Shown: in pieces, positions 37,483 to 50,759 of the stretch
Position numbering within the stretch: position 1 is the stretch's first letter
Layout of the letters: every line of letters begins with the position of its first letter
Source of the DNA: Octopus sinensis
Taxonomy: Eukaryota
Reading direction: 5' to 3'
Assembly (NCBI RefSeq): GCF_006345805.1
Contig: NC_043004.1
Location: 14,136,001 to 14,200,000 of the forward strand
DNA length: 64,000 nt
Position numbers and translations under genes: made by a program
Notes under the pieces: generated by a model
What the model saw: the letters and a program-made list of their open reading frames with translations, nothing else
Database searches by the model: none
What the model was told of the DNA's origin: nothing

Positions 37483-39044
37483 TATATGATGTATAATATT
37501 CCTTACAAACTTGTTACCAGTTCAAATATGATGGAGGTATATAATAATGCCATTCACTGTTGCTTGTCACGGAGAAAATTTCTCACTGTAGACACGTGAT
37601 AAGTTCAAAGCCCTCAAACAGATTGACAAAATGCATGCCTTTTAGAGTGGGCATATCTCCGCGAAATACATCAGTCAGGCTAAAGGGAGTTTGTTGGACG
37701 GCCCTCGACTCCTACATCAAGGTATTGTGCTTTTTTGTCTTGTGTGGTATCCATACATCATTCACACATCATAGTAAGGCCATTTAGTGGCTTAGTTAAC
37801 TCCCCCGTATAATGTATAAAGAAGGTTAAAAGTGTCTATTAGAATGGGCCATGCGTTAACAGGCTGCAATAATATATATTCTTTTCAAAATATATTTATT
37901 CCCCGCTCTCTCGCCTCTCTTTCCCTCTCCCCTCTCTCCCCTTTCTCTCTCTCCATCTTCCTCCTCTTCCCCTTTTGCCCTCTTTCATATCTGTTTGCAT
38001 GTTTGTGAGTGTGTGTGCGTGTAAGTAGCTTATGAATATAATAGCTACACTCACACATACATACACACAGGACTAGAATTGGCGATGTACTAGTTAAACT
38101 TAAAATTAGATTTAGCTCTGGTCCAATAGTTTACATATAATTATGAGACGAGTGCAGTCCTGTTGAAATTTAATCTAAATAATTGTCTCCACAGAAAACT
38201 CTTTTGTCTTTAAATTGAAAAAAAAAAAATAAATAATAAATAAATTATGAAAAAACCCGGAGCGAATAAATAAATCACATTGAAGTAAAACAACATGATA
38301 CATAAATAAACAGCAATTCTTTTTTAACGGTTTTGCTGTAAATGAACGAATTTAATTCCCAATTCACCGACTATTTTGATTATTTTTTTTTCCACTCGTT
38401 ATCTATTATTTTCTTTGTCTATTTATTTATTTATTTATTTGTTTGTTATTTTTTTATTTGTTTATTTTTTTTATTTCGATTCGTTTGACATTCCGTTACA
38501 TCGTATAATGCTTGGTGGCGTGTGGTGAGGTCACCAGTAATGGTTGTTACAATCTTCAAGTAAAATCGTAGTTTCTTCCATTAAAACACATTGTAATTTC
38601 TTAGAGAAATTTAACTGTGATTAAATATCTAATTTCAGCAATAGAATGTTATTAACCGGATGTGCGACAGAGTTAATTGTTACTAATACCACTTTTTTTT
38701 CTCCTTTCTTTCTCCATTATACTCCGACCATAATGAAAATATACTCGATGCCACCGTCTAGTCATCACCTTATTACATCATGACTAAATATCTTCCAATA
38801 TGTCTCTTGTTATGTTTATTAACCAGGATTCTATGGCATAAACAAGCCAAGAAAAAATAAACAGAATTTTTTTCTTGATAATCTTTACAAACACGCTATA
38901 AATTACAAAAAATTTGCCCGTTTCAAAACAGACGCATTATGTTGCTAGGCATAACTTCAATTCAGGCTTTCACTCAGTTCAGTGCGTGTGCGTAGCGAGT
39001 GTATGTGTGCGCACGTGAGTATGTTTGTATATATATATTTATAC

Positions 39045-39449
39045 AAGGAGTGGCTGTGTGGTAAGTAGCTTGCTTACCAACCACATGGTTCCGGGTTCAG
39101 TCCCACTGCGTGGCGTCTTGGGCAAGTGTTTTCTACTATAGCCTCGGGCCAACCAAAGCCTTGTGAGTGGATTTGGTAGACGGAAACTGAAAGAAGCCCG
39201 TCGTATATATGTATGTATATATATATGTGTGTGTGTATGTTTGTGTGTCTGTGTCTGTCCCCTTAGCATTGCTTGACAACCGATGCTGGTGTGTTTACGT
39301 CCCCAACACTTAGCGGTTCGGCAAAAGAGACCGATAGAATAAGTACTGGGCTTACAAAGAATAAGTCCTGGGGTCGATTTGCTCGACTAAAGGCGGTGCT
39401 CCAGCATGGCCACAGTCAAATGACTGAAACAAGTAAATGAGTAAAAGAG

Positions 39450-39450
<1 letters not shown>
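39045..39450 (+). mobile_element. SINE family B, full length
   Basis: Near-identical to 44045-44443. Confidence 0.93.
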
Positions 39451-39482
<32 letters not shown>

Positions 39483-39524
39483 GTATACATATATATATAC
39501 ATATATGTATATATATATACATAT

Positions 39525-39558
<34 letters not shown>

Positions 39559-39887
39559 CATATATGTATATATATATATGTGTATGTATATATATATATA
39601 TTATATATATATATACATATATGTATATATATATATATACACACATATATATATATTAATATATATATATATATATACATATATGTATATATATATATGT
39701 GTATGTATATATATATACCTATATATATATATACATATATGTATATATATATACACACATATATATACATATATGTATATATATATATATATACATAATA
39801 CATACATAAATATGCCTCAGTGTGTTTATATATAGGTATGTATGTACATATATATGTTTATATATATGTATTTATTTATATATATGC

Positions 39888-39941
<54 letters not shown>

Positions 39942-40531
39942 ATATATATACATGTCGAAATTGAAATGAATTTTGGTCGATATCAGGTGAGGTGGCAGTG
40001 TGTTTGCGTCCTCTGTTTGCTTTTTCCTGTTTTCCTTAGGTTCCTTCGTCGTCCTCCTATGCAACATCACTGTTGTGTCTGTCTGTTGGTTTCACTTCTT
40101 TTCTCTCTTTTAATTATTCTTGCATTTTTAAAATTCTTCCTTATTATCTTAATTTTCTTCATTCATTACATCTTCATTCCGTTCCTTTTTTCATCCCTTT
40201 CTCACAATATTCCCTTCGTCTACTTTTTCTTCTTCAAACATATATCTTGTTTATCACTTTCACTCCACTATCATTATTCTTAGTAATGAAATCACTTCCT
40301 ATTCACTATGTAGATAACATGGATGAAATACGATTCACCTGAATATGAAGGTTTAATAAAAACAAATAGTGATATATAGATTTTGCATGTAACTATCTAT
40401 GATGTGTAAAATTACAATTTCAAGGACATGTTTACAAGGTAAATGAGTACATATCTATAACACGGTTCAACGAGTGGACAAATAATGAAACGTGTACAGA
40501 AGATAAACCTAGTAACAGATATATAAAAAAA

Positions 40532-40683
40532 ATTTTGCCTCAGTTTTATTCCAGTAAACACTTCAAGTCGGTGCCTCAGCTAGGCCTCAGTTTAGAGATT
40601 GAAAGAAACTGAACAAAACAAATGTGTGTATATGTATGTGTGCGCCTGTATGTCTATTCTCTCTCTCTCTCTCTCTCTCTCCG

Positions 40684-40771
<88 letters not shown>

Positions 40772-40923
40772 CGGAGAGAGAGAGAGAGAGAGAGAGAGAA
40801 TAGACATACAGGCGCACACATACATATACACACATTTCTTTTCAGTTTCTTTCAATCTCTAAACTGAGGCCTAGCTGAGACCCCGACTTGAAGTGTTTAC
40901 TGGAAAAAAACTGAGGCAAAAAT
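40532..40923. repeat. ~390 bp near-perfect palindrome centred on a (TA)n tract
   Basis: Arms mirror each other, including (CT)n/(GA)n tracts; the ORF track gives near-identical MKETE... peptides on both strands. Confidence 0.93.
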
Positions 40924-40941
40924 TGTATCACATTTATCTTT

Positions 40942-41027
<86 letters not shown>

Positions 41028-41066
41028 TAGCAGTATCGCCCGGCGTTGCTCGGGTTTGTAAGGGAA

Positions 41067-43880
41067 GATCTCTTTCGGCACCCTCTTTGATCTTTTTCGG
41101 CACACTTTTGATCTCTGTCGACACCCCCTTTGATCTCTGTCGGCACCCCTCTTTGATCTCTGTCGGCACCCCTCTTTGATCTATGTCGGCATCCCCTTTG
41201 AGCTCTGTCGGTACCTACTTTGATCTCTGTCGGCACCCCTATTTGATCTCTGTCGGTACCCCTCTTTGATCTCTGTCGGTACCCCTCTTTGATCTCTGTC
41301 GGCACCCCCTTTGATCTCTGTACACCCCCTTTGATCTCTGTCGGCACCCGTCTTTGATCTCTGTCAGCACCCCTCTTTGATCTCTGTCGGCACCCCTTGA
41401 TCTCTGTCGACACCCCTCTTTGATCTCTGTCGGCACCCCTCTTTGATCTCTGTCGGCACCCCATTGATCTCTTTTATATCTTTCGGCACCCTTTTTGATC
41501 TCTGTCGGCACCCCTCTTTGATCTCTGTCGGCACCCCTCTTTGATCTCTATCGGCACCCCTCTTTGATCTCTGTCGGCACCCCCTTTGATCTCTGTCGGC
41601 ACGCCTCTTTGATCTCTGTCGGCACCCCCTTTGATCTCTGTCGGCACCCTCTTTGATCTCTGTCGGCACCCCTCTTTGATCTCTTTTATATCTTTCGGCA
41701 CCCTTTTTGATCTCTGGCGGCACCCCCTTTGATCTCTATCAGCACCCCTCTTTGATCTCTGTCGGCACACTCTTTGGTCTCTGTCGGCACCCCTCTTTGA
41801 TCTCTGTCGGCACCCCTCTTTGATCTCTGTCGGCACCCCTCTTTGATCTCTTTTATATCTTTCGGCACCCTTTTTGATCTCTGTCGGCAGCCCCTTTGAT
41901 CTCTGTCGGCATCCCTCTTTGATCTATGTCGGCATCCCCTTTGATCTCTGTCGGTACCTACTTTGATCTCTGTCGGCACCCCTCTTTGATCTCTCTCGGT
42001 ACCCCTCTTTGATCTCTGTCGGTACCCCTCTTTGATCTCTGTCGGCACCCCCCCTTTGATCTCTGTACACCCCCTTTGATCTCTGTCGGCACCCGTCTTT
42101 GATCTCTGTCAGCACCCCTCTTTGATATCTGTCGGCACCCCTTGATCTCTGTCGACACCCCTCTTTGATCTCTGTCGGCACCCCTCTTTGATCTCTGTCG
42201 GCACCCCATTGATCTCTTTTATATCTTTCGGCACCCTTTTTGATCTCTGTCGGCACCCCTCTTTGATCTCTGTCGGCACCCCATTGATCTCTTTTATATC
42301 TTTCGGCACCCTTTTTGATCTCTGTCGGCACCCCTCTTTGATCTCTGTCGGCACCCCTCTTTGATCTCTATCGGCACCCCTCTTTGATCTCTGTCGGCAC
42401 CCCCTTTGATCTCTGTCGGCACGCCTCTTTGATCTCTGTCGGCACCCCCTTTGATCTCTGTCGGCACCCTCTTTGATCTCTGTCGGCACCCCTCTTTGAT
42501 CTCTTTTATATCTTTCGGCACCCTTTTTGATCTCTGGCGGCACCCCCTTTGATCTCTATCAGCACCCCTCTTTGATCTCTGTCGGCACCCTCTTTGGTCT
42601 CTGTCGGCACCCCTCTTTGATCTCTGTCGGCACCCCTCTTTGATCTCTTTTATATCTTTCGGCACCCCTCTTTGATTACTGTCGGGATCTCCTTTGATCT
42701 CTGTCGGCACCCCTCTTTGATCTCTGTCGGCACCCTTTTTAACCTCTGTCGGCACGCCTCTTTGATCTCTGTCGGCACCCTCTTTGGTCTTTGTCGGCAC
42801 CCCCTTTGGTCTCTGTCAGCACCACCTTTGATCTCTGTCAGCACCCCTTTGATCTCTGTGCATCCCCTTTGATCTCTGTCGGCACCTCTCTTTGACCTCT
42901 GTCGGCACCCCTCTTTGATATCTGTCGGTTCCCCTCTTTGATCTCTGTCGGCACCCTCTTTGATCTCTGTCGGCACCCTCTTTGATCTCTGTCGTCACCC
43001 ACTTTGATCTCTGCCGGCACCCTTTTTAACCTCTGTCGGAACCCCTCTTTGATCTCTGTTGGCACCCCTCTTTGATCTCTGTCGGCACACCCTTTGATCT
43101 CTGTCGGCATCCCTCTTTGACCTCTGTCGGCACCCCTCTTTGATCTCTGTCGGCACCCCTCTTTAATCTCTTTTATATCTTTCGGCACCCTTTTTGATCT
43201 CTGTCGGCAGCCCCTTTGATCTCTGTCGGCACCCTCTTTGATCTCTGTCGGCAACCTCTTTGATCTCTGTCGTCACCCACTTTGATCTCTGTCGGCACCC
43301 TTTTTAACCTCTGTCGGAACCCCTCTTTGATCTCTGTTGGCACCCCTCTTTGATCTCTGTCGACACACCCTTTGATCTCTGTCGGCATCCCTCTTTGACC
43401 TCTGTCGGCACCCCTCTTTGATCTCTGTCGGCACCCCTCTTTGATCTCTTTTATATCTTTCGGCACCCTTTTTGATCTCTGTCGGCAGCCCCTTTGATCT
43501 CTGTCGGCACCCTCTTTGATCTCTGTCGTCACCCACTTTGATCTCTGTCGGCACCCTTTTAAACCTCTGTCGGAACCCCTCTTTGATCTCTGTCGGCACC
43601 CCCTTTGATCTCTGTCGGCACCCCCTTTGATCTCTGTCGGCACCCCTCTTTGATTTCTGTCGGGACCTCCTTTGATCTCTGTCGGCACCCCTCTTTGATG
43701 TCTGTCGGCACCACTTTGATCTCTGTCGGCACCCTCTTTGATCTCTGTCGGCACCCCCTTCGATCTCTGTTGACACCTTCTTTGATCTCTGTCGGCACCC
43801 CTCTTTGATCTCTGTCGGTACCCCTCTTTGATCTCTGTCGGCACCCCTCTTTGATCTCTGTCGGCACCCCTGTTTGATCT
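41067..43880. repeat. Tandem array of a 21-22 bp unit CTCTTTGATCTCTGTCGGCACC(C), ~2.8 kb
   Basis: Directly visible; no unique spacers. Confidence 0.98.
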
Positions 43881-44044
43881 TTGAGGCCTCGAATGGTGTA
43901 AAGCAATCTTGTTATCAGATCTGACATTCATCAAAACATTTTATTAATGAAATATAACATAAGCAATGGGATACATTACCGTAAATACATTTATTTATGC
44001 ACATACACACACTGCGAAGTTGGGAGAGAATATATATATATAAT

Positions 44045-44443
44045 GGCGCGGGAGTGGCTGTGTGGTAAGTAGCTTGCTAACCAACCACATGGTTCCGGGT
44101 TCAGTCCCATTGCGTGACATCTTGGGCAAGTGTCTTCTACTATAGCTCCGGGCCGACCAATGACTTGTGAGTGGATTTGGTAGACGGAAATTGAAAGAAG
44201 CCTGTCGTATATATGTATGTGTATATATGTATATGTGTGTGTTTGTGTGTCTGTGTTTGTCCCCCTAGCATTGCTTGACAACCGATGCTGGTGTGGTTAC
44301 GTCCCCGTTACTTAGCGGTTCGGCAAAAGAGACCGATAGAATAAGTACTGGGCTTACAAAGAATAAGTCCTGGGGTCGATTTGCTCGACTAAAGGCGGTG
44401 CTCCAGCATGGCCGCAGTCAAATGACTGAAAGAAGAAGAAGAA
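44045..44443 (+). mobile_element. SINE family B, full length
   Basis: GGCGCGGGAGTGGCTGTGTGGTAAG head to GACTGAAAGAAGAAG tail. Confidence 0.93.
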
Positions 44444-44791
44444 TGTAAGCATTTTCAGAGAGTTATAGCCAAAAAATAGCAAAAAAATGCATTAAAATTG
44501 GAAAAAAAATTATCGTAAATGTTTTTTAAATCGTTGACTCATCGTAGACATTTTTAGAGAGTTACTTCCCTTATATAATAGCGAAAAAAATGCATTAAAA
44601 TGGAAAAACATGATGGTAATTTTTTTTAAAATCGTAGACTCATCGTAGACGCGCGCTAATACCCGGAAGGGCTCGATATGAATCACGACTATAAGATACC
44701 CGCTTTTGGTTACACTGCACCGCAAAATGTGGGAGTAGTTAGGAATCTAAATCGTAGGAGACAGACACACAACTTCACTTTTATATATAAA

Positions 44792-45155
44792 CTAGCAGTA
44801 TCGCCCGGCGTTGCTCAGGTTTGTAAGGGAAATAACTATAAAGCATTTTTAGAGAGTTATAGCCAAAAAATAACAAAAAAATGGAAAAAAAAATGATGGT
44901 AAATTTTTTTAGTTAAAAAAGGTGGAGTTGCGTCCCCTAGACAGTTTGCGGTTTGTGTTTCTGATTCTCGACCCCATGTCGAATTTATCGATTTTTTCAG
45001 AACTGGGGGAACTTTTCAAAATTTTCGCTGCGTTAGTTTTGAATTATGACATTGGGCTATGTGTGTGTCAAGTTTCATCAGAATCGGTTGAAAGACGTGG
45101 TCAGGGTGAGGGTACAAGCAAACAGACACACAGAAACACGCACAGACAAACTGCC

Positions 45156-45165
<10 letters not shown>
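44792..45165 (-). mobile_element. Non-autonomous Helitron, tandem with the previous copy
   Basis: CTAGCAGTATCGCCCGGCGTTGCTCAGG end; other end ACAGACAAACTGCCGTTTATATATA. Confidence 0.75.
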
Positions 45166-45197
<32 letters not shown>

Positions 45198-45245
45198 GCA
45201 TGTATAAATGCATGTACTTATGTGTGTGTATGATATGCATTCATG

Positions 45246-45278
<33 letters not shown>

Positions 45279-45630
45279 ATGCGTGTGTGTGTATATATAT
45301 ATGTATATATGTATATGTGTAGTCATATATATGAATGTGTATATATATATGTATGTATACATATATATGTGTGTGTGTACATATATGGGTATGTGTGTAT
45401 ATATGTACGTGTATATGTATATATAGGTATGGTGTATGTGTATATATATATATGTATGTATATACATATATATGTGTGTATGTATGAATGTGTGTGTGTA
45501 TACATAGACATGACAGAAGTCAATAGACACCCCATAAAATATCATTTATGTGTATTCTAACTTGTAAAGTTTTATATTTTTTAATAATTGATATGTTTAT
45601 GCTTCAGGCTCTATATGTGACTGTTTAATC

Positions 45631-46014
45631 ATGCCATATATAAAAGAAGGCTTGAAACTATCTGAATTTCAAATGTGGAGGATAATCCTCCTTGCAAGGT
45701 CTCTGACATAGCACAATAACTTGATGTTAGTCCAAGTACAGCTGTTAGATATTTCGAGAAACTTGGTTACTATGGCAGGGCAGCAAAACCAAAGTCACTT
45801 CTTCGACCAGCTAAATTCAATTAGAGAAAATATTAGGCCAATGAGATGGTGGAGAGGCCACTATCATTTTATCATTTTGGGACACTCATATTCTCTGATT
45901 AGTCCAGATTTGCTGTATTTCCTGACAGTGCTCGAGTGTGGGACTGGAAATCGTGATCAAGAATTTGATGGGAAAAGACTGCAGCCAACAATGAAACACG
46001 GCAGTTATTCTTGA
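45631..46014 (+). pseudogene. Tc1-like transposase remnant
   Basis: LSEFQMWRII ... PSTAVRYFEKLGYYGRAAKPKSLLRPA ... LIFSD*SRFAVFPDSARVWDW ... QEFDGKRLQPTMKHG (cf. Tc1 VIFSDESRF, TVKHGG). Confidence 0.85.
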
Positions 46015-46215
46015 AGGACATGTCTGAATTACCAATAGCGGAAGTTTTAACTTAGCTGGGTTGCGTTGTCTGCGCACACGACTGGTATATTAGGTACAAA
46101 GTGCGCTACACAGAGTTTTGATATTTAGTATTCAAATAATATTAAGTGTGAGGATTATACCGAAGAAGCAAGATGCTTGAGTTTAAGTACCTAATTCATC
46201 ATAATCTTAATTATG

Positions 46216-46250
<35 letters not shown>

Positions 46251-46289
46251 ACGCGCGCACACATACACATATACACACTTATATTTATA

Positions 46290-46445
46290 TCATGAGCTTC
46301 TTTCAGTTTCCGTCTACGAAATTCACTCAGTATTGTCGACGTAATGCTATTATAGAAGACATTAGCCGAAAGTGTCTTGCAGTGGGACGTAACCCGGAAC
46401 CATGTGGTTGGGAAGCAAGCTTCTTAGCACACAGCCGCTCTTGCG
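46290..46445 (-). mobile_element. SINE family B head fragment
   Basis: CTTCTTTCAGTTTCCGTCTAC ... CCCGGAACCATGTGGTTGGGAAGCAAGC. Confidence 0.75.
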
Positions 46446-47404
46446 CCGAAGTATATAAACGTGTGTGTGTACTAAATTATGTATATATATATATATATAT
46501 GAATGTAATGTGTGCATATATATATGTGTGAGAGTGTGTGTGTGTATGTGTATGTGTGTGCGTTTGTGATATGAATATATAGGTATGTGTGTATGAAAGT
46601 ACAATGGCGGTGCCCCAGCATGGTCACATCTCATGAGCTGAAGCTAGATAAAATATAAAAGGATTAAAAATATATGAGAGAGAGAGAGAGTGTATGTGTA
46701 TGTGTGTGGGGGTGCGAGTATGTGCCTGAATGTGTGTGCATGTGTTTGTGTGGGTGAGAGTCTGAGTGAATGCGTGTGAGTGTGTGTGTGTTTGTTTGAG
46801 CGTGAGTGTATGTCTTTGTGTGTGTATGTGTGTGTGTGTGTATATTTATGTGTGTATGTGTATTGAGTAGATTGTGAATCCTCTTATAAAACTATAAAAC
46901 AAGTAAGTACACGTCGCAACATAAAGGGATTAGATTTATATTAAAAGTGTATATAATAATATATGGATGAGGAGGTCAAACTTGCTAGAAAATCGCTCTC
47001 AATGATTTTAATCGAGATTATCGACAACAAATACTTCATCATACATATTGTATGACGACGACCGGCCTTATAAGAAAAAAAAATCATGCGTCAAAACATA
47101 AGTACATTTTAATATCTGTCTTCCTCCCTCTCTCTCTCACTCTATATATATTCATCCATCTATCCGTATGTCTATCTATATGTCTGTTGTCTGTCTCTCT
47201 TTACACACACACACACACACACAGGTGTACACGTATACACACATACACATATGTATAAATACACATATTCATACACACACTTACACACGCACACACACAT
47301 ATATATAAATTAAAAATAATAAGGGTGAAAAATTGAATATTAATTTGATTAATATCAATCTAAATCCAGTAGAAAAATCTGAAGATTCAGAAAAATTATA
47401 TTAC

Positions 47405-47642
47405 ATGCATATAAGAGGGATGATCACTAAGAGGACATCCATTATGCTAGAGGTGGACTCCATGTGATCTTACCACTAAGAGGACATCCATTATGCTAGA
47501 GGTAGACTCCATGTGGTCTTACCACTAAGAAAGGAATGTTCTCAAGAAAATTTTGCAAACGCCAGAACATAAGCGAGCAAGACAAATGAAAAGATACAAA
47601 ATATTTGGATTTCCACTTAGTGGCCATCCCTCTTATATGCAT
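47405..47642. repeat. MITE-like unit with 27 bp inverted ends and an internal 49 bp tandem duplication
   Basis: ATGCATATAAGAGGGATGATCACTAAG / CTTAGTGGCCATCCCTCTTATATGCAT (2 mismatches); CACTAAGAGGACATCC... starts at 47425 and 47474, with CACTAAG again at 47523. Confidence 0.8.
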
Positions 47643-47867
47643 ACGGATTACTGTTACCATTCTTCCGGGGTACGCCACTGAAATCGTGATTGGAAATAAA
47701 AAAAATCTGTCCGTGAGTCTACAATAACTGTTTTTTCCTCGAACTTTTTTCCTCGTACTTTTTCCTGTACTTTTTCCTCGTCTTTCTTTACCTTTCTTCT
47801 TCTACCTCCATTTTTCCACTTGCGTCGCCACCACTTACACCTACACAAACATTCATCACTTCTCAAC

Positions 47868-50644
47868 ATGCCTGACTTGCACTCGTTCCTCCAACATCTT
47901 CAATCCCTTCTTGGCCGTTTTCTCGCCCCCCACCCCAATGCTTACAACCCGCAAAAAAATTCTCACTTACTTTTTAAAAAAACTCGCCACTCTAGCCATC
48001 TCTCCTTTCTCAGCCGTTGCCTCCGCCATCACGTCGCACCCCGTGGCTTCCTCTTGATGTTCCACGCCACCCCTTATTCCTCTCCCCTCATCGAACCCAC
48101 CCTCACCCGCCTCCTCATCCGTGCAGCCATCCGTTCCACCCGCTCTCTCCTTCACTCCCTTGATCACCAACTTCCCCAGACTTACCTCCTTCTCTCCTCC
48201 CTCTGCCTTCCACTCTTCACCCAACCTATTCTCCGCTTCATTCTTAATCTCAACCACCAACTTCACAATTTCCCCACACACACAAAAAACAAAAAACTCC
48301 ACCACCTCCTCAACCCTTCCCCTCCTTCCCCATCACCATCCCCTACATCCTCCCCTCCAGCTCCCCCGACTCCCTCCTACCCCACACCCCTCCCCCTGCA
48401 CCCTCCACGGACCCACACACACCCCACCCTGACCTTCCTACGCCTACCCCATCTTCATCCAACCATCCCAACTCTCCTCCCCACACCTCTGCACCCCCTC
48501 TTTCTGACCCAACTCATCCTACTACCCGCTTCCTCGCACTGTTGTCACTATACCCATCAATCTCCCCCTCTCTGCTGCCGAGCGTTCTCTCCTCAGTAAG
48601 AGACTCCGCTTCACGCCTCTCACGCGCCACTGTGACGAATTCGAGACTCGGACCGACGTCTCAAACTTTGCGCATTCTTCCACGCGTCCCCACAGCGTCA
48701 CGACAATCAGGATTACATTTTGGAGCTGGGGCGCCGCCCATCCAACTGGACGCCGCCCATCCAACTGGACGCCGCCCCCAAGCCAATTCAGTAGCCTAGA
48801 TTTGTTCGTGAACGACTGCAATGCGTTGGTCAACCGGTTTAACTTTAAAAAAAGACCTCTCCGAGACAACCTCACTCGGGCTGAATTAATTGCCCTTCGC
48901 AACCTCCATCGCCGCAATGACATCGTCATCAAGTCGGCAGACAAAGGCGGAGCAGTGGTAGTTTGGGGCGTGGATCTATACAGGGAGGAAGCGCTCAGCC
49001 AGCTTCAAAATCCCCTCTTATATCGCCTCCTCCCCTCCGATCCCACCTCTTCCTACCAACAGCGAGTGTCTTCCACCATCCACAACCTCATCTCTTCTGC
49101 TCTCCCCCCACCGCCACCAGCCTCATCGTCCACACACCCCGCACCTCCACCATCTATTTCCTTCCCAAAATTCATAAACCCAATAACCCTGGCCGCTCCA
49201 TCGTTTCCGCCTGTAATTGCCCCGCTGAACACATTTCCCTATACCTCGACCGCATCCTGTCCCCCTTAGTCGCTGCCCTCCCATCCCACATACATGACAC
49301 CAACCACGCTCTTCGTCTCTTCAATTCCTTTTCCTTCCTTCCAGCACCTCACACCTCCTCTTCACCTTAGACATAAAGTCCATTTATACGGTAATTCCCT
49401 ACAACCCCTCCCACACTTTCTTGACCTTCGTCCCGACCCCACCCCCGGCACCCCCACCCTTCTCCGCCTGGCAGAGCTCGTCCTCACCCTCAACTGTTTC
49501 ATGTTCGCCTGAGAAACGTACCAACAGTGTCTGGGGTCGCGATGGGAACGAGAATGGGCCCCAATTTCGCCAATCGCTTTGTTGGCTACATTGAGGCCCA
49601 AGTATTCTCCCAATTCTCCGGGCCGACCCCAGAACTATACGGTCGCTACATAGACGACTGCATAGGCGCCACCTCCCTTTCTCGCGAACAACTTTGCCAC
49701 TTCATCTCTTTCCTCTCTAACTTCCACTCTTCTCTCCAATTCACTTCCACCATCTCCAATATCTTTGTTTACTTCCTTGATATCTCTCTCAGCATCGACC
49801 ACCCCTCCCACTCTCTTACCACCTCCGCCTTCTTCAAATCCACGGATTCCCACCTCTATCTCAACTTCTCCTCCTCCCATCCCTTCCACACCAAACGGGC
49901 CATCCCCTACTCCCAGTTCCTCCGCCTCCGACGCTTGTGCAGCCGCGACCAGAATTTCGAGACCCAGTCTCAATACCTGGCCCGCTAGTTCAGGCATCGA
50001 GGATACCCACCTACCCTGGTCTTGAACGCCCTCGCCCACGCTCGTCGCATCGACCGCACCACCGCCCTTTCTCCTTCCTCTCACCCCTCCAAACACAACA
50101 CCTTTCCCCTCCTTTTCCACCCCTCTACTCTACCCCTTCGTCGGAAGATACTACGTGCCTTCCGTCGTCTCCAGCTCGATCCCACGACCGCCCTATTTTC
50201 ACCAACCCACCTCTGTCCTCGTTCAAAAGAGCTCGGAATCTACGCGACCTTCTGTTCCGTAGCACCCTCTCTTCTTCCCCCTCAGCCCCACACGGATCCT
50301 TCCCGTGCTCCAGATCCCGCTGCAACACCTGCCCCTTCATCACCAACACCACTGCTGTCACCGGTTCCAACCAGCGAACTGTACGCATCAGACATTCCTT
50401 TACGTGCACTTCGTCTGGTCTCATATACCGATTCGCCGAATATCTAAGGGATATTCGTCTACATTCCAATTCTCCCGTCGTACGTCACTTCCGCTCGGCC
50501 AGCCATTCCCCCGATGACATCTCTGTGTTAGGTCTCGCTCCACACAACGGTCCTCCACAATCCAGGCTTCACTTGGAGCAACGATTCATTTTCACTCTAC
50601 AGACCAATACTCCACTAGGACTCAACACAGACCCCTCATCTTAG
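47868..50644 (+). pseudogene. Penelope-like polyprotein: N-terminal domain, reverse transcriptase, GIY-YIG endonuclease
   Basis: IVIKSADKGGAVVVW, IYFLPKIHKPNNPGRSIVS, LDIKSIYTVIP, GVAMGTRMGPNFAN, GRYIDD, VYFLD, SSHP..KRAIPYSQFLRLRRLCS, CSRSRCNTC, FTCTSSGLIY, HF...H, LEQRFIFTL..P.GLN; frameshifts, stops, and the YIG segment is deleted near 50428. Confidence 0.95.
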
Positions 50645-50759
50645 TGACTGCGCTCCATCCCTCCCCAGTAGCAACTTTTTAATTTTTTTACTTTATTATT
50701 ATTATTATTATTATTTTATTTTTTAAAATTTTGTCCTTATACAGAAACACATACATACT

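Larger units (their letters stand above)
41027..44790 (-). mobile_element. Non-autonomous Helitron carrying a tandem array and a SINE
   Basis: Minus-strand 3' end CCCGAGCAACGCCGGG hairpin + CGATACTG-CTAG at 41027-41054; body resumes at ~44447 (AGCATTTTCAGAGAGTTATAGCC) as in the adjacent copy at 44792. Confidence 0.75.

Noticed and set aside
41067-43880. CRISPR-like array
   Set aside because: Head-to-tail repeats with no unique spacers, no cas genes, eukaryotic context.
41027-43934. Long MPTEIK / GADRDQR ORFs
   Set aside because: Stop-poor translations of the 21-22 bp tandem array in several frames; frequent unit-length changes show no frame conservation.
47714-47870. PLE 5' intron starting at GTGAGT
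   Set aside because: No AG acceptor occurs before the ATG at 47868.
47654-50469. Minus-strand ORFs and the Pro/His-rich ORF 47820-48599 as independent genes
   Set aside because: They are antisense shadows or frameshifted pieces of the C-rich Penelope-like ORF.
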